Assembly (NCBI GenBank): GCA_973895155.1
Contig: OZ316891.1
Span: 12,708,771-12,772,770 of the forward strand
DNA length: 64,000 nucleotides
Origin: Marsupella aquatica
Lineage: Eukaryota > Plantae > Marchantiophyta
Reading direction: 5' to 3'
The notes under the pieces were generated by a model. That model was not told the DNA's origin and ran no database searches. It saw only the letters and a list, made by a program, of their open reading frames with translations. Numbering within the stretch: position 1 is the first letter of the stretch; every line of letters starts with the position of its first letter. Below, piece after piece: positions 24,587 through 36,925 of this stretch. Made by a program: the position numbers and the translations under genes.

Positions 24587-26100
24587 TGATGGACCTTGCC
24601 ACCCAGCGCCCTCACCAATCCCAGCACTTGCGCCTAAGTGCCCTTGGTGCCCGAACGCCTCCACGGAATACTTCGAGCAAGCACCCACGTGCCTCTAGCA
24701 CCGCCTGCGGCCACTCCCATACGAAGCCGCACTTGCTCACCTACACGACCGCTGCTCAACGGTCCTCACTGTCTGCACAAACAACCAAGCGCCTCGGTAA
24801 GTAACCCCTTTGGATCTAGAACTCGCCCAGTCTAGCATCCTAACTCAAGCTCAACAGACGTTGGTAAATAGGTCAGCGATAGGTCCTCCCGATGCCATAA
24901 GCCGGAACCAGAACCCACGCCCACTGTCCGTCTAGGACAGCTCCTTCCTTGGGCGCGGCCCGGGTTCCCCCTCGTACCTATCCATCACCAACTGACCACC
25001 CTGACCTTAGGACATGCTCATGGCCCAAATAGCGTAGCTTGTCCTAAAGCTTGTCCTAAAGCTTGTCCCAATCTTGTCCCAACACGTCGGGACCAGAACG
25101 GCCCCGACCGTAGCAACCGCTCCCAGTTCGCCCCAGTGATGGTCTAGGGACCGAGCACCCTTGGGACTCAGCCTGTTTACCTACTTGGCCTTGCCTCCCC
25201 AACGCAAGCTCCCTTGGGAGGCTGAACGCGGCTTGGCTGCTGTTCGACAAGATTTGGCAAGCGGGCGAGCTAACACCCGCAAACCACAAGAACCCACCGC
25301 ACCCCTGGACCCATCTGAGCTCAGAAGGGCGTAGCCCTCCTCAAGAGCTTTCCAACGAACCCAAGAAGTCCTCCAACGGACTTCCCGTTGGGAAGATATC
25401 GTCATTTCCGTTTGGCGGTTTCCCTTAGTGTCGCGACCGCCGCGGCTCACGATTTCGGCTCGCCCTTAGCCCCCAGGGAGACACCACTCCCCTCATATAT
25501 GCTTCTGGAGACCTGTCACCCCCGGACCAGCTTTGGTCCCTAAACATTTGGCCCCCAACCCAGATCCCATCGCGCATAATGGGCACGTCACCAACTGGCA
25601 ACGCCCATAACTTTCTTGATAGGCATCCGCAAGCGGAGTGCCTTAGCCCGCTGTGACCGGGCCGACCCAGTGCTCATGCCTAGGCCCTCAGGTCTGATCG
25701 TCGCTCGGGGCCCCCGACCGGCCCAACCCGGATCGGGCCACAACTTGCGCCCCAAGCGTCCGTTGCCAAGGCGTCAACTCCATTGGCCTTCGGCCCAAGA
25801 GGAGCTCACTCCCAAGCCCTCAGAACTCAAAGTCCATCCGACGGTCCGGACGGCCATCCTTGAGCCCGGCCCATTTCCCCTTGACCCGACCAGCCATAGG
25901 CTAGTCCAAGTCCTTAGTTTGTGTCCCCACCTTGGCCCCTTGCCTCGCCAGTGCCACGTCTCATTGCCCACAAGTCTCCCCATGCTAAGTCCTCCCCGGA
26001 TGGCCTATCCGGGCCTGGACCATAAGGGAGCTCGGCATCGGAGTCAGTGACGCCGGAGCTAAGTGTTAAGGTAGTCGAGTTCCGCGACTTTGCCCCATTG
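24587..26100. mobile_element. GC-rich ~1.5-kb non-coding insertion, probably a truncated or solo LTR
   Basis: Abrupt rise in GC and CpG content at ~24587 (TGATGGACC...), internal short duplication (agcttgtcctaa x2), no credible ORF, shares a motif with the leader of the neighbouring copia; no TSD found. Confidence 0.35.
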
Positions 26101-26644
26101 ATTGAATTTAGTTTGAATTGTTTTGAAGGGGCAGACTATCTTTCTTGTTTTAAACAAGGCCGTAGATAAGGTTTTTAAACCAAACACCAATCAGAGCAGG
26201 GCGTGAAACCCCCCACGCCAAGGGGAAGGGGGGGTGGGGGGGCAGTATGCAGCAGCAACCTGAGCCCTCCAAGAGAGGGAGCCAACGCCTAGCAAGCTTA
26301 CGTCTTGAATGAGTCTTTTGGAGCCATCTCATAGTGCTTGAAGTGTGGATCCAAAATGTGGCCCTTTTATATGAGCAGGTGTGGTTTAAAGTGTGGATCC
26401 ACCAATATAAAGATGTAATAGTACATCTCAAAGCTGACAATTTGATGGACCTTAACTCCCTAGTTACAAGGTTATGTACAAACAAAGTTACGGACTACAA
26501 AATTCCCAGACCATAACCTTTTGCCATAAGGATTGGTTGTATGCCATTATCTTCAGTCACTCTAGATGCTAGTGAAAGAAAACAAAAAAAAGTTTTTGAG
26601 AACCTTTTCAGTTATGACCATTCCTTTTAGGTCAATGTGATCAT

Positions 26645-26979
26645 TGTTAGGATTTAGTCTTAGGTCTAGAGTTACAAATGTACCGTAGTTAAGACTAACC
26701 TTAGTCGCAGATTTGGTTAGGTTAGTCATGCTGTGCACACTCTATAACCAAGCGGTGTTTGCTTGGAGAGGTGGAACTCAGGCTCATTGTTACGGAGCTA
26801 GTTGAGAGATAGGGAGAGCTTGTGCTGTGGATGCTTGGTATGGCTGGCTGGCCTAGAGTGCAGTAAAGCTCTTGTGGATGTAGCCTCATGTGGAGGTGAA
26901 CCACGTATCTCTCTGTGTCGACTATTGTGCGTTGGATGGTTCATGGGCTTGCCGTTGCGATCGTCGTCTATGCTCAACA
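26645..26979 (+). repeat. 5' LTR of second copia
   Basis: TGTTAGG...CTCAACA, about 96% identical to 32826-33170. Confidence 0.95.
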
Positions 26980-28343
26980 ATTGGTATCAGAGCATGTCTG
27001 GGAGGTGATGTGTCTTCGTGATAGGATTTCGTGACAGTTTTTTCCAGTGTTGAATGTCGGTGAATTTCCCGGAGTTCCGTCGCATGGAACTTGGAGTTTA
27101 TGGGCTCAACGGATAGATCGGGGCAAGAGCTTTCTAACGGTGTGAAGAAATCACTGAACGGAGCTCGTGGTGCAGAGAGATCTAAGTTTTTGTCGTTCTG
27201 GATTTTGTGAAGAAAGTTGGCAACATTCATGTTCGATGGTTTTTCGGAGGAGGGACCAGAGTTTGTTTTCTCGACGGTTTGAGCTCTACGACGAAGGAGG
27301 CATCGCATGCTATAGCTCTGCTTGTAGATCGGGATGAGGTGTTTGTTTTGGTAGTTGATTTGTTACCAAGTGTGTACCGTGTGCAACGGGACGAGCAAAA
27401 GAAGCATTCTGATTTTCTGACCGGCTATGGAGTCCTCTTTTGCCTGATCGGCGTTTCTTGTCATGGCAATCGACTCGGAGGGAGAAGCGTCAAGTGTTTT
27501 GACTCAACGGAGAGATGGAGGCAAGACGATTGTTTTGAGTCCGGGATTGACTCTTTGATGCGAAGAGGAAGGCTAAGCAAAATCAACTACCAAGTGCAAT
27601 TCATCAACATTCGTTGTTGACAAGGTACCATTTTTTCTCTTTGAGAAACTAATTCGAAATTGGCTATGGCAATTGAGAGAAATCTGTCATCTTTACCAAT
27701 TTTTTTCTCCCTCGTTCTTTCCTCGTTTTGGGTGCTTCTTATATCTATCTTCACCGCCTCGGAGTCTAGTTTCCAAATCTGAAATCAGATCTTGATTTCG
27801 TCAAAACCCGAGTGAGATATCTTGCGTTTGGTGTCGAGGGGTACATTCTGCCGTGTGTATTTTCTGCGCGCGCGACCAGATTTCGACGACGAAGGGTGGT
27901 AGGGGGTTTTGGGGGTTCGAGGACACATGTCAGCCCCTTGATTGTTCTTCCAAAATTCACACAGGGCCTATACAAGGGTCATAGAATATTCCAAAAAACC
28001 AAAGAGCTATTTTTTGACCGTCCGACAAAGATTTCGTAACTTTTTTGGTTCTTTTTCGGTGAGGTCGTAGCCATTGAAGTTGGCAACGCGGCGCACCGAT
28101 CACATCGCAATTCCGACGACGGGTTGTACTTGGTATTTCGGTTATTCCCTGAGGTGGTCAAAACGAGAGAGTTTCCCAAGGTTTTATCCACCTCGACCAA
28201 AATTTGAATAACTTTTCCGTCAAATTTTGATTTTGATTTCGGTTTTCAGTATTGGACTGCTAGCTTCGTGGGCTATGCGGCGGTGTTGAGTTTTGAGCTT
28301 GTTGAGAAGTTGTGAAAAACGACATTTTTTGTGATTTTCTCAT

Positions 28344-31300
28344 ATGAGTGATTCAGAAGAGTTTTTTGAAGACGTGGAACTTAAAGCACGAGGATCACCG
28401 CGGCGGTTTGAGGGGCAGAGAGAGGAGCAAGAGGAAGAGCACGTGACACCGATACCATCACCGCTGCGGCGTGTGGTGGAGGAAGCAGTACTACTACCGG
28501 AGCTCACGGTAGTGCCAAAGAAGAAGATGAGGACTTTCAAGCTTGGGGGACCCAAGTATGAAGTGACAAAGTATGATGGGCGCTCTAACTACTTGCTATG
28601 GGAGAAGCAGATGAAGGGAGTGCTCTATGCGTCAGGGATGGGCTAACTACTGAGCCCTCGTGAAAACGATGTTGATGAGAAACAATGGGACCGCATGCAG
28701 GAGCAGGGAGTGTGGTGTGTTACACTCTATCTCATGCCTCCCATCATCAAGCAGTTGGGTGCACATAAGGATTGCATGTCCTTGTTTGCGGAATTGCAGA
28801 GTAAGTATCACCGCAAGGAGTTGTCGAACCGGCTCTACACTTCCTACAAACTGATGAGTTTCAGGATGAAGGAATCCGATACGAAGTTGCAAGACCATGT
28901 GGATGCTTGTCGTTGACTTGGAAAACCTTGGGGAGACTTTGAATGATGAGACGAAGACTGTGCAGCTTCTTAGTTCATTGCCTCCATCTTACCAGTCCCT
29001 ATCATGAGTGTTGTTGTATCGTGATAGGGATACAATTTCATACAATGACGTGGTAAGTTCTCTGCTTGGTGATGATCTTCAGCAGAAGATGCACATCGCG
29101 TCACAGCCTTCATCATCTGGTGCTGCCCTCAATGTTAACCGTGGGAGGAGTATGCAACGACCAATTGAGGACCGTAGAACCCAGTTTAGATCTAAATCCA
29201 GATCTAAGTCCAGGGGTAAATCCCCTTAGAGGAGGCAAGTGACATGTTGGAAGTGCAACCAAGTTGGACACTTCAAGTGAGACTGTAAGGGAAAGGCAGC
29301 GGAAACTTCATCGACAAATGTGGCTAGGGCTGATGGAGAAGCTGATTTACTCAATGATGAGTATGTTTTATGAAGCCGGGGGGATGCCCTGTGCACGTCA
29401 TCTAGGAGAGCAGATGATGTGTGGATTCTTGATTGTGCTTGCTCTTTTCATATTTGTTACATTCATGAGTTTTTCAGTTCTTACTCTGTTTCAAACGGTT
29501 CAGTTCTGATGGGAAATGATCACTCCTGTCAAATTGAGGGAATTGGGTCTGTGAAGATTCAAATGTTTGATGGCGCTGTGCGCACGTTGTCCGGAGTCAG
29601 GTATGTACCTGGCATGCGTAAGAATCTGATTTCACTCGGTGTGTTAGATTCAAATGGTCATCAATGGAGCGTTATTGATGGTGAACTTCAAGTCAGGTCG
29701 GGAGAGACAGTGATTTTGAAGGGGAGCAGATAAAAGAATTTGTATGTGTTACAGGGCAATAGTGTATGTGGAGAGGCCAATGTAACCAAGTCTCACGAGG
29801 AGATGACTCAACTGTGGCATTCACGGCTAGGCCACATGAGTGAGAAGCGTTTGGCTATCTTACGGAAGAATGGACTCATTTATGATTTGCAATCTTGTAA
29901 ATTAGAGTTATGTGAGCATTGCATTCTTCGAAAGCAGCATCGTCGTGCTTTTGATGTTGGAACTCATTATTCCAAAGCGGTTCTTGAGTACATATATAGT
30001 GACGTGTGGGGTCCATCCCCGACTCCCTCACACTCTGGAAAGTTGTACTATGTATCATTTATTGACGATTACTCAAGATTTGTGTGGATTTATTTCATGA
30101 CGCATAAGTCTGATGTCTTGTCCATTTTTAAGAAGTGGAAGGCCCAGATGGAGAATCAGACTGGAAACACGGTCAAATATTTGGATACAAGGGTGAAGAG
30201 TCTAAGGTCAGACAATGGCGGGGAGTACACTTCAATGGAATTTGAAGAGTACTGTTCAAAATAGGGGATAACTTGCCATCTCACCACAGTTTATACTCCG
30301 TAGCAGAATGGTGTCGCTGAGAGGCTCAATCAGACACTGTTGGAGCGGTCTCAGAGTATGTTGAGCCAATCAGGTTTACCACAAGAATTTTGGGCAAAAG
30401 CTGTCAATATCGTAGCTTATTTGGTAAATCTTTCTCCTTCTAGTGCTATCAATTTTAAAACGCCGTTTGAGATGTACTATAAGTGACAAGCAGAGTATCA
30501 TGGCTTGGTAGTTTTTGGAAGTGATGCATATGCTCTCACACCGAAGCAGAATAGGACCAAGTTGGATCCTACCTCCAAGAAATATGTTTTTCTTGGGTAT
30601 CAGAGTGGTGTGAAAGCCTATAGGCTATGGGATCCTATTGTCTATAAGCTTGTTGTCAGTAGGGATGTTTCCTTTAATGATCGAATCCAGATTATTGAAG
30701 GAGAGGGAGAATACTCAGGTCTCCCGTACTGACAAAGGAAAATCTCCTATCCCGGATCTCGTTGAGGGGGAGATTGGTTATGAGGTGCATGACCGGAGAG
30801 AAAAAGTTGCTCCAATTATGGAGCTGGTTCCTGTGCCAGAGGAACCAGAGGAGTTTGTTGATGCTGGTGAGCAGCAAGTGGATGCTGCTGAGCTTCAAAT
30901 TATACCAGCACACGCAGATCAACCGGAGTCATCGGCTAGAAGAGCATCTGGTCGCACTGTACGCGCTCCACCAAGGTATGGACAGTGGGTTGATTCATCT
31001 CAGTTGCAAGAGGAGGATTTTGTTACTGACGATGAGGGTGATGCGTTGATTTTGGAAGAAGGTGAACCTTCTTCATTTCATGAAGCAAGTGCTTCAAAGG
31101 AGAAGCAGGAGTGGACTGCAGCAATGCAAACGGAGATGCAATCACTGAAGGACAACAAAACTTGGGAGCTTGTCAAGCTGTCTAAGGGACAGCAAGTGGA
31201 TATACAAGCTGAAGGATCAGTCCACAGGAGGTGGATCAAAGGTCTACAAGGCTAGGTTGGTAGCCAAGGGATTCACATAGGAAAAAGGTGTGGATTACAA

Positions 31301-32636
31301 TGAGGTCTTCTCACCAGTTGCTAAGTACTCAATAATACGGCTATTGTGTGTGCTTGTTGTTATGTTTGGTCTGCTGCTAGATCAGACGGATGTTGTCACA
31401 GCTTTCCTCTATGGCACCTTGGAAGAGGTGATCTTCATGAGACAGCCGCTAGGTTTTGTGAAGAAAGGGCAAGAGGATTTGGTTTGCAGATTGCTGAGAT
31501 CCTTGTACGGGTTGAAGCAGTCACCAAGATAGTGGAATAAGCGGTTTGATGATTGGATTCGTGCACAAGGCTTTCACAGGAGTGTGTTTGACCCATGTGT
31601 GTATCTTAAACCGGTGAAGAATGCTGTCTTTGGGTTCATTGTTTTAGTACTTTATGTGGATGACATGATAATTGCAGCCAAGGATAGGTCTGAGATTGTT
31701 AAGCTCAAGGCACTGCTTAGTGCAGAGTTTAAGATGAAGGACTTAGGGCCAGCTAAGAGGATTTTGGGTATGGAGATCACTAGGGACTTGGAGGCTGGCA
31801 AGCTATGGTTGACACATAGCAGTTATGCCAGGAAGGTAATTGCAAGGTTCAACATGGGGAATAGCAAGCCAGTAAGTACCCCGTTGGCTCCATACTTCAA
31901 GTTATCATCAGCGTTCTGTCCTACGGATGACATAGAAAAGGGGTTGATGTCAAAGGTTCCGTATGACAAGGCAGTGGGGAGTCTCATGTATTTGATGACT
32001 TGCACTAGACCTGATCTTGCCATGGCTATGGACAAGGTGAGCAGGTACATGTCGAATCCAGGGAAGGTACACTGGGAAGCAGTGAAGTGGATTATTCGGT
32101 ATTTGAAGGGTACCGTGGATCATGGTCTATTGTTTGATGCACATGCTGATAATGCTAGATCATTGATGGGCTATGTAGATGCTGACTATGCACAAGATCT
32201 GGATCGGAGGAGGTCAACAACAGGTTATGTGTTCACACTTGGAGGTGGATGCATAAGTTGGAGGTCTACTTTGCAGAAGTGTATTGCTTAGTCTACTACA
32301 GAAGTGGAGTATGTTGCAACAGCGAAAGCAGCAAAGGAAGCGATTTGGTTGGATAGACTTATCACTGAGATGGGATTGCCACAGGGGAATGTGAAGCTCC
32401 ATTGTGATAGTCAGAGTGCACTTCACCTTGCTGTGAACCAGGTGATGGACAGCAGAGTGAAGCACATCGACGTTAGGTACCATTTTATCAGGCAGGCTGT
32501 GTCTGATAATATGTTTGAGCTAGTCAAGATTGACGGTAAACTCAACCCGACTGACGCTTTTACCAAAGTGATTCCTTTGGAGAGTTTTTCTAGACACCGT
32601 GATGCGTTGCAGGTTTTGCAATTGCCTCACAAGTAG
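28344..32636 (+). pseudogene. Copia gag-pol polyprotein, disrupted
   Basis: KYDGRSNYLLWEKQM, CWKCNQVGHFK*DC, WILDCACSFH, LWHSRLGHMSE, SDVWGP, FIDDYSR, LRSDNGGEY, LYGLKQSPR, LYVDDM, YVDADYA, CDSQSALHL, KHIDVRYHFIR; many in-frame stops and frameshifts. Confidence 0.94.
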
Positions 32637-32825
32637 GTTACTTAACATTTGTGTAGATACTGAGATATGCTCTTGCTCATTCCTTGTATAGGCTACGACT
32701 TAGTTTTGGTCTACTCTCGTATAAAGAGGGAAAACCGGTTTGGTTTTTCTTTCCAGAACTTCCCGCTGAGCAGTCATATTGGTAGCAGTCTTTACCCTCC
32801 CCTAGACCAGAGTCAAGGGGGAGAT

Positions 32826-33170
32826 TGTTAGGATTTACTCTTAGGTCTAGAGTTACGAATGTACCGTAGTTAAGACTAACTTTAGTCGCAGACTTGGTTA
32901 GGTTAGTCATGCTGTGCACACTCTATAACCAAGTGGTGTTTGCTTGGAGAGGTGGAACTCAGGCTCATTGTTACGGAGCCAGTTAAGAGATAGGGAGAGC
33001 TTGTGCTGTGGATGCTTGGTATGGCCGGTCGGCCTAGAGTGCAGTAAAGCTCTTGTGTATTCTTGTGGACGTAGCCTCATGTGGAGGTGAACCACGTATC
33101 TCTCTGTGTCAACTATTGTGCGTTGGGTGGTTCATGGGCTTGCCATTGCGATCGTCGTCTATGCTCAACA
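32826..33170 (+). repeat. 3' LTR of second copia
   Basis: Follows PPT, precedes TSD ATCAT. Confidence 0.95.
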
Positions 33171-33210
33171 ATCATCCCTATGGAAACTTTGAGACACCCT
33201 AATGTTACTA

Positions 33211-33583
33211 CACCGTTCACCATAATTAATGTGACTAACACTAATTTGAGAGCACCCATTTTCAAGGTCTACTCGCGAATTAGTGTTAGTCACACTAATT
33301 TTGAGCCAACACTAATTTTGTGCACATGAATTAGTGTTACTGTGGTTTTAAGAGTGGCAAAATAGAGAGAAAAAACTATTTTGAAAAATCCACAACAATT
33401 AATGTTACTTTGGACTAACGATCATCCATTTTGTACAAGCAATGTAAACTAAAGTGAAAAAAAATTGTTTTGAAAAATGACAAAAACTAGTGTTACTTGG
33501 ACTCAAAATCATTTTAGTACAAAATTAGTGTTAGTATTGTACTACCACTAATTCTTGGATAACACTAATTAGGCTGAGCAGTG
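33211..33583. mobile_element. MITE with TA target duplication (Tc1/mariner-type)
   Basis: TA-CACCGTTCACCATAATTAATGT ... ACACTAATTAGGCTGAGCAGTG-TA imperfect ~22-bp TIRs; interior full of ACACTAAT/ATTAGTGT repeats; related left end at 58666. Confidence 0.6.
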
Positions 33584-33626
33584 TACTACTCTTAGACAGG
33601 AGGTGCATATCTCCCTATGCAGAGAT

Positions 33627-33940
33627 ATTAAGCACGAGACTCAATCTCGATGCACATTGATGTCCCCTAATCGTACACTCATGGCATTAGGAGGTTTCGG
33701 GTAGTTTAGGCTGCCACGTCGCCTGCTCCAACAGGGACACCCTTCAAGGCGCCCCTCCACCGCCCCTGCACCTCCGCTCACGCCAGGCCCTAAAGCCCAT
33801 GCCTCATGGGGTAGCGATGGGGTGGAAGTGGCGACAGGAGGGAGACGACGTAGCAGCCTAAACTGCCCGAAACCTCCTAATGCCATTAGCTTACGATTAG
33901 GGGACAGCAATGTGCATGGAGATTGAGTCTCATGCTAAAT
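33627..33940. mobile_element. Mutator-like MITE / foldback element (314 bp)
   Basis: ~100-bp TIRs (33627-~33729 versus ~33838-33940, roughly 85% identical) flanked by 9-bp direct repeat TGCAGAGAT (33618-33626, 33941-33949). Confidence 0.8.
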
Positions 33941-33969
33941 TGCAGAGATAGTGTGTGCTTAATTGGAGA

Positions 33970-34070
33970 GATAGTGTGACGCTCATTACTTCCGCCAGCC
34001 CAAGTAGAGGGCTATGGTAGCGATAGTGTGACGCTCATTACTTCCGCCAGCCCAAGTAGAGGGCTATGGT
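33970..34070. repeat. Tandem duplication of ~52 bp
   Basis: gatagtgtgacgctcattacttccgccagcccaagtagagggctatggt occurs twice. Confidence 0.9.
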
Positions 34071-34081
34071 GATGTATAGGG

Positions 34082-34224
34082 TAATGCAGGTCTGGGTGCA
34101 GGGTTACTAGGCTATAACCCTGCGTCCGGAATATGAAAAGAAACTGACTGGCGGCAGTTGGAAAGCGTCTTTGAATATTCCGGGAGCAGGTTATAGCCTA
34201 TAACCCCAGCCCTGCCCTGCATTA
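34082..34224. repeat. Inverted repeat / hairpin with ~50-bp arms
   Basis: taatgcagg...gggtta.taggctataacc.tgc..ccggaatat pairs with atattccgg..gcaggttatagcctataaccc...cctgcatta. Confidence 0.8.
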
Positions 34225-34229
34225 GTGTA

Positions 34230-34350
34230 CGTAACTCCTGCCCGGAAAGAGGTTACCGGCTCAACTTTTCAGGACACCAGATTATGACTATAGCAGGCCC
34301 CTGTAGAAATGGTTACACACCGGTAACCTCTTCTCCTGAGAGGATTTACG
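34230..34350. repeat. Inverted repeat / hairpin with ~30-bp arms
   Basis: cgtaactcct...aagaggttaccgg pairs with ccggtaacctctt...aggatttacg. Confidence 0.65.
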
Positions 34351-34879
34351 ATTACAGATCCTGTGACAACAGTCGATATAGCATGTTCATCCTACTACGT
34401 GCCTATTTTGACTTATCTTAAAGAATTGAAATGAGGAGACATTTTACTTTTAACCTAAGTTTATGAAAAATAAGTATTGAAAGAATGATTATACAAAAGT
34501 TAATGAAAAAATTGCACACCTTTTTAAAAGTGATAAAAGTACAATACTACATGTGCATTAATTGAAAGATATTAGAGTAGTTAATGTACCTGTATAAGTA
34601 CAGCACTTTATGATTCAAAGAGAAGAGCATGAACTACTTAACTTTTTTTTAAAATTTTGTTTGCTCTATGTGGGGCTCTTGATTTAGGTGACACCTGTTC
34701 ATCAATAAATCATGAACAATGTAAATTCTATGACCAATGATATATAAAGTGCACTCATCAGTGAATAGTGTATTACTTGTTTGGTTGAAGGGTCAAACTT
34801 CTCATGCAGGTAAAGAAATATGCCCCTCAAAATGTGAGAAAAATAGGGAACCTAATAAAAACTATGCCCATCAAAAGTT

Positions 34880-35061
34880 AAAAAAATGTAGGGGACCTAA
34901 TAAAAACAAATGAAATTGAAAAAGTTAAGAGGGCTGTCAAAAATAACTAAATTCTACATAATACATGACTTTAAAAAAATGTAGGGGACCTAATAAAAAC
35001 AAATGAAATTGAAAAAGTTAAAAGGGCTATCAAAAACAACTAAATTCTAAATAATACATGA
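34880..35061. repeat. AT-rich tandem duplication (~92 bp x2, plus a partial upstream copy)
   Basis: aaaaaaatgtaggggacctaataaaaacaaatgaaattgaaaaagttaa...aactaaattcta.ataatacatga occurs twice. Confidence 0.85.
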
Positions 35062-35316
35062 GTAAAACATGAATTAATCCAAATTAACATAAAAATATAT
35101 TTCAATCAAAGTGAATGAGACAAGATAACCAAACCAAAGAATGTTACACCAATATAGTAGCTCGAAAAAAATTTACTCTAAATAGACGATCGATTCCTAT
35201 TTCTATTGGTACTCAGGTGTTTACGCTCGAGGTAAAACGACTCCTAGGGTCTCTTGTCTTCCTAGGAAAAGAAGGACACACGATATCCTGTACAGGAGAA
35301 GGCGACGCTGAGTCGA

Positions 35317-35390
35317 CGCTAGATGGAGGGGTCGAACCTCCGACCTTGCGGTTAACAGCCGCACGCTCTAACCAACTGAGCTAATCCAGC
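35317..35390 (-). tRNA. trnN-GUU: tRNA-Asn (GUU), nuclear
   Basis: Reverse complement GCTGGATTAGCTCAGTTGGTTAGAGCGTGCGGCTGTTAACCGCAAGGTCGGAGGTTCGACCCCTCCATCTAGCG folds as a cloverleaf with GTT anticodon, A and B boxes; TA-rich tract ~25-40 nt upstream. Confidence 0.97.
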
Positions 35391-36104
35391 AACCTTAGCG
35401 ACGACGAGAGTATTTTTAATACTTATTATAACCGCACTTTTATTATAAGTCGTAGAGTTTTGCTGTGCAATCTTGGAGATGGAGCAGCGAGCTTCGGCGT
35501 CTTACCTCGAGTACCTCGACGCTTCAGCCAAAAACGGGGCCCAAAATCGAGTCCCGCACAGCCTCGACAGAGTAATGCCTTGACAGGATTCCTTCCCCGG
35601 ATCGATCGACTGTACGTGTGGCAAGCAAGGAGGGATCAATTGCCCATTCTTCTTTCTGTGGGACCCTTCGCTTAACGCCCTTCGAGGATAAACATGTGCT
35701 TTGCAAAAGGTTGGAGACAAATTGGTGCCTCCATCCAAAGAATCCCTTCCTATCCTTCCATGATTAGTCCGCTTGCACAGAGCCTAACTCGCTAGGGAGC
35801 TCCGTTTGTAGGCTCCATTTTCTGAAAAGTTCGTTTAGTTGCCGGCAAATTTCAGAAATGTGTTTGATACTCGATTCATGTGAGAGAGCTGCAACGAGGT
35901 TCAATCGGCTTCCAGCTAGTTTGGCAAAAAATGGCACCGACAGTCCACCGGAGTTTTCGCATTACTCGTAACCCGTCCAACAGATCTCTAATTTGACCTC
36001 GCCTGGCTCCCGCGTTACAGTGTATTCTGATTCGAGGCCTTGCTTCGCCCTGACGGTGCAAGCCGTCTTCCATATATGCTCCCAGTGCAATATCGGTCGA
36101 GAAG

Positions 36105-36297
36105 CTTTGAACAAACAAACCAATGCGCTACTTCCTCCCTTGGGTAACGTAGGGAACAAAATATCATTCCCTTCGTGGTGCTTTCGCATTCGCATCACCC
36201 GCACCTGTTTGATTGACAAGGCTGGAACAAACTAACGCGCGACTTTCGTTCCTTGGGTAACAGATGAATATTCCCTTCGTGGTGCTTTCGCATCACT
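36105..36297. repeat. Diverged direct repeat
   Basis: gaacaaac...ccttgggtaac...attcccttcgtggtgctttcgcat occurs twice about 110 bp apart. Confidence 0.7.
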
Positions 36298-36508
36298 GTC
36301 TGCTCAAGACCCTCAAGCGCACACAAAGTGCTTTGTACTGTCAGTCTGTCAATTTGAGTTACTAAACACTGGTCTTGTTGAGCTGGGAGCGACCGCTGCA
36401 TTCACTAACGGCTCTCTCTTAGTCTCTTATTAGCCGTCGACGGTCAGTAATTTGCAGACTACGGCCGTCATTGAAAGTCGTGTACATTATGATTTGCCCT
36501 GCTGTTAC

Positions 36509-36925
36509 CCCAAACACGACCATTGTGGCTGATACAAATCAGGATACGTTTCAGGCTTGTTTGTGACATGTGCCCAGCCTTGCACACGAATTGCGGTGGT
36601 TTCCTGTAAACACGGCAACGGGGATTTCTATCCGCTCTGGTTTGCCCAAACACGACTAGAAGGGGGCTGATGCAAACGAGAACCACTTACTGGCTTGTTT
36701 GTGAAATGGTGCCGAGCCCTACACAGGAATTGCGGTGGTGTCCGCCGAACGTCTACTGTAAACACGGCAACGGGGATTTCTACCTGCTCTTGTTTGCTCA
36801 AACACGATAAGGGAGGCTGATGCAAGTAGAAAAACGAATATGCCGGTTTGTGAAATGGTGCCGAGCCTTACACACAAATTTGCGGTTGATTCCGCCGAAC
36901 GTCTACTGTAAACTCGGTAAAGGGA
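36509..36925. repeat. Tandem repeat, about 3 copies of a ~135-152 bp unit
   Basis: caaacacga...gctgat.caa...gtttgtga.atg.tgcc.agcc.t.caca..aattgcggt...ctgtaaac.cgg.aa.ggg begins at ~36511, 36647 and 36798. Confidence 0.85.

Larger units (their letters stand above)
26645..33170 (+). mobile_element. Ty1/copia LTR retrotransposon (Tork/Tnt1-like), full-length but decayed
   Basis: LTRs 26645-26979 (335 bp) and 32826-33170 (345 bp), TG...CA, about 14 substitutions plus a 10-bp indel; TSD ATCAT (26640-26644, 33171-33175); PBS TGGTATCAGAGC (tRNA-iMet) 26982-26993; PPT AAGGGGGAGAT before 32826. Confidence 0.96.

Noticed and set aside
35262-35316. Dicistronic tRNA-snoRNA downstream of tRNA-Asn
   Set aside because: Only ~45 nt to the first T4 terminator and no C/D or H/ACA boxes.
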